Below are positions 10,304 through 19,445 of a stretch of 64,000 nucleotides of DNA, in pieces. The notes under the pieces are model-generated. The model saw nothing but the letters and a program-made list of their open reading frames with translations, did not search any database and was not told the origin of the DNA. Positions within the stretch are counted from its first letter, which is position 1; every line of letters starts with the position of its first letter. The position numbers were made by a program, and so were the translations under genes. This stretch comes from an uncultured delta proteobacterium (GTDB lineage Bacteria > Desulfobacterota > Desulfarculia > JACQYL01 > CAWGVV01): the NCBI GenBank assembly GCA_963826125.1, contig CAWGVV010000002.1, forward strand, positions 873,964-937,963, in the 5' to 3' direction.

Positions 10304-11788
10304 TCAGACCCAACGGGCGGTGACCGTCTTTTCGTCCATGAACAACCGCATGGACGCCAGACGCGATTTGGCGGTTCCCATGAAGGAATCCCGCCGCGAA
10401 CCGAGGGGGAAGAACGCGTACGGCTGGGCCACTCCCACGTTTACCCCGACGTTGCCGACATTCACTTCCCGCGTGAACCTGCGGGCGTTCTTCATGTTGC
10501 CGGTCATGATGCAGGCCGAGTGGCCCAAATTCGTTTTGGTATTGATCCACTCGATAGCCTGTTCCAGGCTGTCCCCCCGAATGAGCGCCGCCGTCGCGCC
10601 GAAGGCCTCTTCCTTGGCCATCGGCATGTCCACGGTGACGTTCTCGAGAATCGTGGGAGCCATGAAATGTCCGTGCGGGTAATCATCCGGCATGGCGGAC
10701 CTGCCGTCAAGGACCATTGTGGCGCCGTCCCGGAGCGACTTCTCGATCCACAGCAGGACTTTTTCCTTCCCGTCTTCCGTGGTGTACGGTCCCATTTCCG
10801 TTTTTTCGTCGAGGCCGTAGCCGAGGCGCATGGATTTCGCCGCGGCCGTCAGCTTGGCTTTCATCTCGTCGTAAATGTTTCCTATCACGACGACGTTGTC
10901 AACGCCCAGGCATCTCTGGCCGGTCATGCCGAAGCAGGCCCGCTGCAGCCAGGGGATGCAGGCGTCGATGTCCGCATCCGGCATGATGACCACGTGGTTC
11001 TTGCCGTTGCCGTTGATCGAGGAGGTTTTTCCCAGCTTCCCGCAGGTTTCGAAAAGCTCGTGCCCGGCGCGGTTGGAACCGATGAATCCCACCCCCTTGA
11101 TTTCCGGTTGTTCCAGAATGGTCTTGTTGATTTTCCGGCCACCATGCACCAGGTTCAGCACTCCGGGAGGGAACCCGACTTCCTGGGCGACGCGCATGAT
11201 CGCGTCGGCCGCGATGGGGTCCTGCCGGCTCGGACTCACGACCACGGTGCACCCGGCGGCCAGGGCATAGGGGACGAAGGAAGACCACGCGTGCATGGGG
11301 ACGTTGCCGGGGGTGACAATCAGGAAGGCTCCCAGCGGTTCCCACATCAGGTATTCGTCGATGCCGTTGGCCAGCTGATCCTGATACTCGTTTTGTTTCA
11401 CCAGCCCGTAGGCGGCGGAGCAGGCGGATTCGATGTTTTCGATCACCCGGCTGACCGAACCTCTGGATTCGCCGATGGTCCTTCCGTGGTCCTGGGTGAG
11501 AATACGGCAGAGGTGCTCATGGTTGTCTTCAAACGCGTGGTGCAGTTTGAACAGGAGTCTGGCCCGTTCCCGCAGGGGAAAATCCTTCCATGACTGAAAC
11601 GCCCGGTGGGCGCTGTGAACTGCTGCCAGCGCCTCATCCGTCGTGGCCTGGGGAAACTCCGCGATCGGTTGGCCGGTGGCGGGATTCGTGCTGACCTCGA
11701 CGTCGGTGGATGCGGAATCCACCCACGCTCCATCGACGAGAAATTGCAGCTTTCCATAATGTGCTCGTACTTCCGACAAAACGGCCAT
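10304..11788 (-). CDS. aldehyde dehydrogenase, methylmalonate-semialdehyde dehydrogenase (CoA-acylating)-like
   Basis: ALDH fold with catalytic Cys region FGMTGQRCLGVDNVVV and the MMSDH-type C-terminal signature GNVGVNVGVAQPYAFFPLGSRRDSFMG. Confidence 0.8.
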   Translation of the reverse strand: MAVLSEVRAHYGKLQFLVDGAWVDSASTDVEVSTNPATGQPIAEFPQATTDEALAAVHSAHRAFQSWKDFPLRERARLLFKLHHAFEDNHEHLCRILTQDHGRTIGESRGSVSRVIENIESACSAAYGLVKQNEYQDQLANGIDEYLMWEPLGAFLIVTPGNVPMHAWSSFVPYALAAGCTVVVSPSRQDPIAADAIMRVAQEVGFPPGVLNLVHGGRKINKTILEQPEIKGVGFIGSNRAGHELFETCGKLGKTSSINGNGKNHVVIMPDADIDACIPWLQRACFGMTGQRCLGVDNVVVIGNIYDEMKAKLTAAAKSMRLGYGLDEKTEMGPYTTEDGKEKVLLWIEKSLRDGATMVLDGRSAMPDDYPHGHFMAPTILENVTVDMPMAKEEAFGATAALIRGDSLEQAIEWINTKTNLGHSACIMTGNMKNARRFTREVNVGNVGVNVGVAQPYAFFPLGSRRDSFMGTAKSRLASMRLFMDEKTVTARWV

Positions 11789-12133
11789 GGGGTAAATCTC
11801 CTCTCTTTCGGGGGTTGTTGATCCTGCGTAACCGCTCGTCGATTCTTCGACGGGGAAACGACGTTGTTTTCAAAGTGCGGTTTTCCCGCTTCCCTTTCCG
11901 GTGGAACGGACGGGTGTCACCTTCCGCCGGCTGTGCCGTCCATTGGGCGAAACACGATGCTCGACCGAAAGAAGTACCGGTCCTTCCCGAAAAAGACTCT
12001 TCATCCTGCACCTCTACCGGTCCGGAGACGAGCCTTTGGGGGATAGGGGGGAGGTGTTCAATTCGACGCCGCGGAAGCGGCGGCGACGGGAGAAATTCTG
12101 TTGTGGCTTTGCCATAGGGAGCCTGCGGAACAT

Positions 12134-13477
12134 TTACATTTTTGACGGTAGATAGGAAACGAGGCCGGGAAACAGGACGAGGAACATCAGCGCGGCAAAC
12201 AGAATAAAAATAAACGGGATCGTGCCGCTGATGATGGTTTTGATCGGCACGTCCGTTACCGCTTTTATGACGAACAGATTCAACCCCACCGGGGGCGTGA
12301 TCATGCCGATTTCCACCGACAGGGTGGAAACGACGCCGATCCACAGGGGATCGAAGCCAAGGGCGGTAAACGTGGGAAAGAGAAACGGGATTGTCATGAC
12401 GATCATGCTGGTGGGATCGAGGATGCATCCCAGGACGAGCCACAACACCCAGGTCAAAATGAAAAACACCCAGCGGTTGACGCCGAACCCGACGATCAGA
12501 TTGGCCAGTCCGTGTGCGATTCCCAGGAACGTCACGACGTAACTCAACGAGAGTCCGGCGAAAATGAGGAACACGATCATGACGCTGATTCTGGCGCTGC
12601 CCGCGCAGATGTCGAAAAACGTGGAAAGGCGCAGCCTGCCCAATAGGATGATTATCAGGAAGGCGCCCGTAGCCCCCACTCCGGATGCCTCCGTCGCCGT
12701 GGCCATGCCGGTGTACAAGGTACCCAGCACAAGAACGATCAGCACCATCGGCGGAACGATGGTTTTCAGATCGGCCCAAAATTCTCCGGAAGCACTCTTG
12801 CCCGAATCGGCCGTTTCACGAACGGCTCGTTCGGCCGTCCGCTTCGGCGCCTTTTCCACGCCGACGAGGCTAGGATTGAAAGTCGCCCGGAGAACGATGA
12901 AGACACACAACAGGAAGCTTATCAGCAACCCGGGAAGTATTCCGGCGATGAAAAGCTTGGCGATGGACGTTTCCGTGATGATCCCGTACACGACGAACGC
13001 CATGCTGGGCGGTATCATGATGCCGAGCGTGCCGCCGGCGGCGATCACGCCGGTGGAAAAGCCGGGATCGTAGCCCCGGTCCACCATCTCGTTCACCGAT
13101 ATCCGGCCGATCGCCGCCGCGGTAGCCGGACTCGACCCGCATAACGCCGCGAATATGGTGCAGGCCATGGTCGCACTTACGGCGAGTCCGCCCTTCAGCC
13201 GGCTCATCCATTTGCTCAATACCGTGAAGATATCGGTGGCGATACCGCCCTTGGCCAGAATTTCGGCCATCAGAATGAAGAGCGGAGCAATCAGCATCGT
13301 CTGGCTGGTGGCCATGCTGAAGGCAATGGTGCCGATGGGATACAACTGATCGGGTGAAAGAAAGATCACCGTACACAACACCGCCACGAATCCCAAGCCG
13401 AAAGCAACGGGAGTTCCCATTGAAAGAACGATTAACAGGATGAGCACTATGACAAAAACCAGCATTCCGATACCCAT
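12134..13477 (-). CDS. TRAP transporter large permease (DctM family), second system
   Basis: 447-aa polytopic DctM-type protein following DctQ/DctP genes. Confidence 0.9.
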   Translation of the reverse strand: MGIGMLVFVIVLILLIVLSMGTPVAFGLGFVAVLCTVIFLSPDQLYPIGTIAFSMATSQTMLIAPLFILMAEILAKGGIATDIFTVLSKWMSRLKGGLAVSATMACTIFAALCGSSPATAAAIGRISVNEMVDRGYDPGFSTGVIAAGGTLGIMIPPSMAFVVYGIITETSIAKLFIAGILPGLLISFLLCVFIVLRATFNPSLVGVEKAPKRTAERAVRETADSGKSASGEFWADLKTIVPPMVLIVLVLGTLYTGMATATEASGVGATGAFLIIILLGRLRLSTFFDICAGSARISVMIVFLIFAGLSLSYVVTFLGIAHGLANLIVGFGVNRWVFFILTWVLWLVLGCILDPTSMIVMTIPFLFPTFTALGFDPLWIGVVSTLSVEIGMITPPVGLNLFVIKAVTDVPIKTIISGTIPFIFILFAALMFLVLFPGLVSYLPSKM

Positions 13478-13498
13478 AATGGAATCTCCCCAAGCCGA

Positions 13499-14002
13499 TC
13501 ACAGATATTCTTCACCTTTTTGCAGCAGATCACGTATGATGAACACTACGATTGCGGTCATCAGAACGCATCCCACAAGCATACCGGCGTAGAGATAAAC
13601 GACGGGTATCTGAATAACCGCCAGCGTCAGCTTGTTGAGGTGCAGGGCGTCCTTGATAAAGGATAAGGTCGTGCCCAGAAGAACGAGAATGTATACCAAG
13701 GAGAACGCGTAGCCCGCGACGGCCAGAAAGCAGCCGTACGACTTTCCGCATTTGCTTGAGATTACGTTTCTGATGAAATCGACCGACACGTGCGTTTTTT
13801 CCTGGATCGCCGAAGCAGTGCCCAGGAAGAAGGCCCAGATGAGCAGGTACGTGGATACGTCCAGGGTCCAGGAAGTCGGGTGGGAGAAAACGTTCCGGGC
13901 GATCGTTTCGAATGCACAGAGAAAGCTGATGAGGAAGATGATGATTCCTCCGATGACCGCCGCCACGTGGTTGACCTTGCGAACGAATGAGAAAGACGTC
14001 AT
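13499..14002 (-). CDS. TRAP transporter small permease (DctQ family)
   Basis: 167 aa, four TM helices, between DctP and DctM. Confidence 0.85.
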   Translation of the reverse strand: MTSFSFVRKVNHVAAVIGGIIIFLISFLCAFETIARNVFSHPTSWTLDVSTYLLIWAFFLGTASAIQEKTHVSVDFIRNVISSKCGKSYGCFLAVAGYAFSLVYILVLLGTTLSFIKDALHLNKLTLAVIQIPVVYLYAGMLVGCVLMTAIVVFIIRDLLQKGEEYL

Positions 14003-14073
14003 GTTGCGCTTCCTTCCTCATAAAGGCGAAGCGGCCGGTGGAAGAGAACGTTCGCACCGGCCACTCCCCGGAA

Positions 14074-15096
14074 TCACTTCACCGCTCTGAGCGCCTCCAT
14101 CAATGCAACGCCTTCAGGGCCGGCAATGGGCGTGATCTTTTCCCACAACGGTTCCCTCACCTTCCTGAACTGTTCGTTCTGTTCCTTTGTCAGGTGATAC
14201 AGTTTGCAACCCGAGTCCTGTACCGCCTTTTCAAACTGCTGCTCCATCTCCGACGCGTTCTGTATGTTGAAGTTCATCCACTTCTTGACTGACCGTTGCA
14301 CCGCTTCCTGCTGGCTCGCATTCAGGCTTTTCCATGCCTTGTCGCTCATCATCATGCCCCGGAACATCTCCGGGATTTCGGTGACCGTGACGAAGGGAGC
14401 CGATTCATACAGCTTCAGGGCTCCGGCCAGCTGCCAGCCGATGTACCCGACGTCCAGGGTGCCCCTGCCGAGGGCGGTGGGAAGATCGCGCAAGGGGACC
14501 GTAATGGGGCTTCCTCCCCACATCATGATCGCTTCCCCGCCCCATTTGCCAGGGGTACGCACGGTGGCGCCCTTGAAATCCTCGGGGCAGGTAACGAGTT
14601 TTCCGAACCGTTTTATCCCCAGAAAGGTCATGGTGCCCGCATCGTCCAGGCCGAGGTATTTGATGCCGTATTTTGCGAAAATTTTTTCAACGACGGGACG
14701 GGTGACTTTATCCACTTCCAGGTAGTGATTTCCGGGATAAGCGCCGGGTACTTCAAAGGGGGTTAATTCCTTCATGGTGGGACTGAGATAGGCTACGAAA
14801 AAGTGCCCGATATCGACGGTACCCCGTGTGACGGCCTCAAGGATGTCGTGGTCCGAAATGAGCGATCCGGCGGGAAAGGTTTCCACCTTCACCTGCCCTT
14901 GGGTTTCCTCACTCACCGTTTTGGCGAAAAACTCGTATCCTCGTCCCTGTATCCCGGTTGCCGGCGGTGCGTAGCTGAATTTCAGAACCAGAGGTTTTTG
15001 CGCCATGCCTGTCGATGCGCATACCAGCAGAATGAATGAAAAGCACATCAGTACCGTTATGAATCCTCGCGCCCGCTTTTTGCCCTCGATGCCCAT
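14074..15096 (-). CDS. TRAP transporter substrate-binding protein (DctP family), secreted
   Basis: N-terminal hydrophobic signal (FITVLMCFSFILLVCASTGMA) then DctP-type binding protein; first gene of the P-Q-M triplet. Confidence 0.85.
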   Translation of the reverse strand: MGIEGKKRARGFITVLMCFSFILLVCASTGMAQKPLVLKFSYAPPATGIQGRGYEFFAKTVSEETQGQVKVETFPAGSLISDHDILEAVTRGTVDIGHFFVAYLSPTMKELTPFEVPGAYPGNHYLEVDKVTRPVVEKIFAKYGIKYLGLDDAGTMTFLGIKRFGKLVTCPEDFKGATVRTPGKWGGEAIMMWGGSPITVPLRDLPTALGRGTLDVGYIGWQLAGALKLYESAPFVTVTEIPEMFRGMMMSDKAWKSLNASQQEAVQRSVKKWMNFNIQNASEMEQQFEKAVQDSGCKLYHLTKEQNEQFRKVREPLWEKITPIAGPEGVALMEALRAVK

Positions 15097-15309
15097 GTTT
15101 CCCCTCCTCGAAAGTTTCGTGCTGCGGAAAAATCAGTTGAGTCGAATCAGGAGCTTGGAACGAAACTTCTCGACCGATACCTCCTTTCTTTTTCACGGAT
15201 TCACCCCCCTTTTCGCGTTCGCCGGGAGACGATCGACGGGGGATGAATCCTAAGGCCGGAACAGCCGTTGATTTGCATGCAAACCGTTTTAAGCGCTTTT
15301 TTTCGTGCA

Positions 15310-15879
15310 CTAGGGTCTTTTCAGTACTTCTTCCAGCGTGAGTCCGCCGACGCGGGGCAAAGGCCTGCCCGAATCGGAAAAAGCGACGGCCACCATAATC
15401 TCGTCGCCCCTCGGAGCGTCGTGGATTCTGACTTCCATGGTGTCGAAATGGGACCGGACCCGCGCTTCATCCTTATAGTGGAGCGGCACGTCGATCGGTG
15501 TCCCTGCGGGGCCTATTTTCTTGGCCTGGGGGATGAGGGCCTTTCCCGCGCCCAAAACGTCGCGCATCGTGAGCCCCAGTTTGGGATGCAGTATGGCTCC
15601 CGTATGTTCATATTCCCCGTCGAGGCCGACGATGGCCCCTTTCCCGAAGTTGTGTATGTCCTTGGGCTCGACTTGCAGCGTATCCAGGGCGCGCTGCGTC
15701 AGTATGGTGCCCAGCTCCGCGCCCATTTCAATGAGTTCGCCGAGGTCCTCCACGTACCGCCCCGCAAAGGGGTTTTTCAGCACGGCCACGACGGCGATTT
15801 TTCGGTGACCCGGAGTGATTTCCCTGTCCATCTCCATGCAGACTTCTTCGATCATCGTGGCGAATTTCCGAATCTTCAT
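15310..15879 (-). CDS. amino-acid-synthesis family protein (PF06684-like), function unknown
   Basis: ~190 aa from ATG MKIRKFATMIEEV, with AAGGAGAA RBS 8 nt upstream; matches my recollection of the AA_synth family (…NPFAGRYVEDL…GLDGEYEH…MEVRIHDAPRGDEI…); the longer track ORF adds a Lys/Arg-rich leader with no RBS. Confidence 0.65.
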   Translation of the reverse strand: MKIRKFATMIEEVCMEMDREITPGHRKIAVVAVLKNPFAGRYVEDLGELIEMGAELGTILTQRALDTLQVEPKDIHNFGKGAIVGLDGEYEHTGAILHPKLGLTMRDVLGAGKALIPQAKKIGPAGTPIDVPLHYKDEARVRSHFDTMEVRIHDAPRGDEIMVAVAFSDSGRPLPRVGGLTLEEVLKRP

Positions 15880-15940
15880 GATTGATTTATTCTCCTTTTT
15901 TCCGGCTGATGGGAGTTGAAAACGAATATCCGTTCCGGAG

Positions 15941-17503
15941 TTATTCCCGATGCTTTTCCTTTTCCGCCGCGACTTCCTCAATCACCTCGGACAGCGGCCG
16001 GATACTATCAACGTGTCCTCCGATTGCCGCGTAGTCTTTCAAGGTCATGGTGTATTCCATGGGGACCACGATGGCGGGCGTCGGGACCCAATGATAGAAG
16101 CCCGTTTGCACGTGCTCCACGTCCACCACGAACGTGATTCCTCCGCCCGGCATGATAAAAGTCGGCGCACCGCCGATCGTTAGCCGCGCCTTGCGCTCCT
16201 TGATGGCTTCGGTCAGTTTCAGGGGCTTACCGGTGATGCCGGAACGGGACGCGCCTCCCCCGCCGCCCACGAACATGGCCGACACCCGCGATTTCTCGCA
16301 TACCGACTGCAGTTCGTTCACCGCCGCGAGTACCCGGGGAGTGGGATCCATGGGGACGAATTCGCCGTTTTCGAACCGGAGCAGGGCATGGTATCCTCCG
16401 GTGGGCTCGGTCACGAGCAGCGTCGTTCCGGGCCGGATCGTGCTCCTGCCCATGTCGATGACGTCCACGGGATTCATGGTGTCGGTTCCCCCGATGCCGT
16501 TCCCCTTGACGCCGAAATACCGCCCCGGGGTGGATTCCCGATACTTCAAAACAATGCCCGAGGGCGGAACCTTGAAATAACGGCCCGTGGCGTGGGCGGA
16601 AAACACGCCGGTGAGCTGGTGGTCCAGAATGATGACTTCGTCGGCGATGCCGTTGAACAGCGGCGAGAAAACGCCGACGGTGGCGCTGCCGCATCCCGCG
16701 GCGATTTTTTCACGTACGGCTCCGTTGATGACCGGCGGCTTCGCCACTTCAAGCACCAGCCGCGCCCCGCCCTCGACGTTCAACGAGACTTTTTTCCGGT
16801 TCGCGATGTCCGTGATGGCCTTGACGGAGAACATTCCGTTCTCACCGCCCGTAAGATGCAGTCCTCCAAGGGAAAGCACCGGGGCATTGTATTCTTCCGT
16901 GGTCACCATCCCAATGCGCCGCTTGAGGTAGGTAACCGCGGCGCCTTCTTCCCCGATGGGCAGATCGGTGTCGATCTTCACCTTTAGTCCGTTGACCGTC
17001 AGCGGGCATTCCGTCACGCACGTAACGCAATCCACGCCGTCCACTTTGTCCTGGACGATGTACGGTGCGGGCCGGAAATCGGGCGAAGTGGTCCCGGCCC
17101 CCATTCCCGTGATGAGGGGCTTTTGGATCGCGGGGTGGTATTCGGGGGGAAGAAGATCGTGGATGGGACTCTGCAGGACCAACGGAATCTTCCTCGTGAC
17201 GGTTCCCCCGTCGTTCGTATAGCGCAGACAGGCTCCGGTTTTTCCCGGTTGGATCGCGCAGCCCACGGGACAGGATGTGCAGATTACGGCGTTCGGATCG
17301 GGGAAAATCTCCCTGACCAGAGCATGTTCCGGGCAGACTTTGACGCACGCGCCGCAGTTGACGCAGTTTTCGTTCGTTCGAGCTTTCCTGTTCACCACCT
17401 CGATTGCATGAACCTGACAGATCAGCTCGCAGATTTTGCAACCGGCACATTTTTCCGAATCGATTTTGATCACAGCCAGCTCCTCATTAGCGGAACGGAT
17501 CAC
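15941..17503 (-). CDS. iron-sulfur protein: N-terminal 2x[4Fe-4S] ferredoxin domain plus large C-terminal domain; architecture resembles 6-hydroxynicotinate-reductase-type enzymes as I recall them
   Basis: CxxCxxCxxxCP twice (CAGCKICELICQ, CVNCGACVKVCP) plus further Cys clusters (CTSCPVGC, CVTCVTECP); 520 aa; specific enzyme assignment is a guess. Confidence 0.6.
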   Translation of the reverse strand: MIRSANEELAVIKIDSEKCAGCKICELICQVHAIEVVNRKARTNENCVNCGACVKVCPEHALVREIFPDPNAVICTSCPVGCAIQPGKTGACLRYTNDGGTVTRKIPLVLQSPIHDLLPPEYHPAIQKPLITGMGAGTTSPDFRPAPYIVQDKVDGVDCVTCVTECPLTVNGLKVKIDTDLPIGEEGAAVTYLKRRIGMVTTEEYNAPVLSLGGLHLTGGENGMFSVKAITDIANRKKVSLNVEGGARLVLEVAKPPVINGAVREKIAAGCGSATVGVFSPLFNGIADEVIILDHQLTGVFSAHATGRYFKVPPSGIVLKYRESTPGRYFGVKGNGIGGTDTMNPVDVIDMGRSTIRPGTTLLVTEPTGGYHALLRFENGEFVPMDPTPRVLAAVNELQSVCEKSRVSAMFVGGGGGASRSGITGKPLKLTEAIKERKARLTIGGAPTFIMPGGGITFVVDVEHVQTGFYHWVPTPAIVVPMEYTMTLKDYAAIGGHVDSIRPLSEVIEEVAAEKEKHRE

Positions 17504-17527
17504 TCGCCGGGTGGTTCGATCATCCGA

Positions 17528-18193
17528 TCAACACCCACATGTGCGCAGCGCGATGACGCGGGCGGGAGCGGCTTCACAGTCGGCAATCTTCAGGGGCAGG
17601 CACACGAAGAACATCCTGCCCTGCACGGCGTCCAGATTGACGAGGCACTCGACCAGGGGAATACCCGCCCCCAGAATGATGTGATGGGAAGGATGGGTCC
17701 GGTCCGAAGCCCTTCCGCCCGCCCGGTTGAGCGGATCGAGAGAAGGCATGTCGACGCCCAGACATTTGATTCCGCGGGCCACGAGCAGATGGGCGGCTTC
17801 CGGGGCAATGGTGCAGAAGCCCGCCGGGTCCGGGCACTTTTCAAATCCGGTGTTCAGGATCGCCACGTCGTTCTTCCGGACGTCCCCGGCCGCCTTTTCC
17901 AGGTCTTCCACCGTGATGACGCTGCCCGGCGCCTTATACTTCAGGTCCACCACCACGCCTTCCCCGACCAGCCGGTCGAGGCCCGTTTCGTGAATGTTTC
18001 CCCCGCCGTCGATTACGTGCCGGGGGGCATCCACATGGGTTCCCGCGTGCACGACCGTTTCATACTTCGTGACTTGGATGCCGTTCTCGTCGTGGTTCCG
18101 AATTCTCGTCAACGTCGGTTGGGGAATACCCGGGAAAAGACGCATTCCCTGTTCAATACGCATGCTGAGGTCGATAATTCCGTCATGTTTCAT
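17528..18193 (-). CDS. cyclase-family metal-dependent hydrolase (kynurenine-formamidase/KynB-like)
   Basis: HxGTHxDxPxH metal-binding motif (VVHAGTHVDAPRH), ~220 aa. Confidence 0.8.
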   Translation of the reverse strand: MKHDGIIDLSMRIEQGMRLFPGIPQPTLTRIRNHDENGIQVTKYETVVHAGTHVDAPRHVIDGGGNIHETGLDRLVGEGVVVDLKYKAPGSVITVEDLEKAAGDVRKNDVAILNTGFEKCPDPAGFCTIAPEAAHLLVARGIKCLGVDMPSLDPLNRAGGRASDRTHPSHHIILGAGIPLVECLVNLDAVQGRMFFVCLPLKIADCEAAPARVIALRTCGC

Positions 18194-18277
18194 TGGACAC
18201 TCTCCCTTATGGTTTCACCGATGGCATTTCGGTTAAAGGCAGTGGAGGAAAGACGGGTCCCGCCTCCCCGCGAGTCG

Positions 18278-18982
18278 CTATTTTTCCTTGGAACCGTTCG
18301 CCAGCCGAACCGATGCACTATCCGCTTTCTCTCGCGAATTGCGGAGGTTCACCATGAATCTGTTCATGGATTCGAGAATATGGCGTTCGAAATGTTCCTT
18401 TATGTTGTTTTTGTCTCGTTCCACCAGGGCATCCACCAGGACGTCATGTTCCGTAATGATGTCCGAAACCTTCTTTCTGGAGCCGGCGTTCGTTGCGGCG
18501 AGCATGCGGGTGTGCGCGGAAATGGTTTTCCAACTGAGGTGAAGTCTCTGGTGATCGGCGAGCACGAAAATTTCTTCGTGGAATTGCATGTGCAGTTCGA
18601 AGGTGTCCGCAACGTCGGCGCTGTCGTTCATTCCATGGATAATGCTTCTCAACCTGTCGACGTCGTACGGTTGAAGAATATCCGACGCCAGAGCCGCCGC
18701 ATGGCATTCCAGGAGAGCCCGCAAGGTATAGATTTCCTCAATGTCCTTTTCGGTGAAGCTCTTTACGTAGGTTCCCCGCCTCGGATAGGTGACGGTCAGA
18801 CCTTCTCGTTCCAGTTCCACGAGGGCTTCCCTTACCGGGGCGCGGCTTATCCCAAGCGATTGGGCTATTTCGGATTCGAGAACTCTTTCGTCGGGCTTGA
18901 GTTCACCGGAAAGAATTTGGTGCCTCAGAACCCGCACCACCTGTTTTGAAAGGTTCGCGCTGTCGAGCTTCAGCAGTTTCAT
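18278..18982 (-). CDS. GntR/FadR-family transcriptional regulator (wHTH + FCD domain)
   Basis: wHTH region LKPDERVLESEIAQSLGISRAPVREALVELEREGL then FCD-type helical domain; ATG at MKLLKL with GGAGG upstream preferred over the TTG track start. Confidence 0.75.
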   Translation of the reverse strand: MKLLKLDSANLSKQVVRVLRHQILSGELKPDERVLESEIAQSLGISRAPVREALVELEREGLTVTYPRRGTYVKSFTEKDIEEIYTLRALLECHAAALASDILQPYDVDRLRSIIHGMNDSADVADTFELHMQFHEEIFVLADHQRLHLSWKTISAHTRMLAATNAGSRKKVSDIITEHDVLVDALVERDKNNIKEHFERHILESMNRFMVNLRNSREKADSASVRLANGSKEK

Positions 18983-19348
18983 CTGAAGACGGAGGCCTCC
19001 TGTTGTGGTTATTTCGTCGAATGTCGACAATCGACAAATAGCCGCCCGAACCTGTTCGTGTCAAGAAAAATCGGGAAACATTCCCCATAAATCGGAGCAA
19101 GTGAAAATTTGCGCAAGCATGCGGAACGAAATCCGCCCATTCCCGGACGTTCGTCCCTCATTCAGGGTGAGGAATCATGACGTCCTGCAAACGCCCGCGG
19201 AGATCGGGGATGCGAAGGGGGACGCGCCGTTTCTTGCCACGGGTCTCTTTTGCCGGAATGACGAAACGGAGGCGCGAGGAGGATGCTCCGACCCCCTCCG
19301 GGGGGCACGGTGGATTACGCGCGACAGCCGGGCGTCCTGACGGCAACC

Positions 19349-19390
19349 AAAAAAACAGTCGTGGGGAACCGATTGCCCGTTCCCCACGAC
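19349..19390 (-). terminator. rho-independent terminator downstream of the TauE gene (12-bp stem GTCGTGGGGAAC/GTTCCCCACGAC, then UGUUUUUUU on the minus strand)
   Basis: read directly from sequence. Confidence 0.7.
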
Positions 19391-19445
19391 CGTCGTGGTT
19401 TCACCTTTTTGTTTTTCCGATCGCGGAAGGCGATCTGCCGCCGTG

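Noticed and set aside
8623-10323. 566-aa plus-strand ORF opposite the UxaA-family gene; similar long antisense ORFs at 7344..8537, 10520..11593, 11634..12779, 17123..18949, 19395..20591, 41354..42409, 42670..43599, 50414..52591, 55442..57580, 61079..62281, 62190..63218
   Set aside because: All lie opposite genes with clear family signatures. Their translations are low-complexity (R/G/A/P/H/D-rich) as expected for stop-poor frames in ~62% GC DNA.
11789-12133. 346-bp gap between the ALDH gene and the upstream TRAP dctM, containing a GACGCCGCGGAAGCGGCGGCG palindrome
   Set aside because: Short GC hairpin without a U-tract; could be an internal promoter or terminator region, but nothing convincing could be read.
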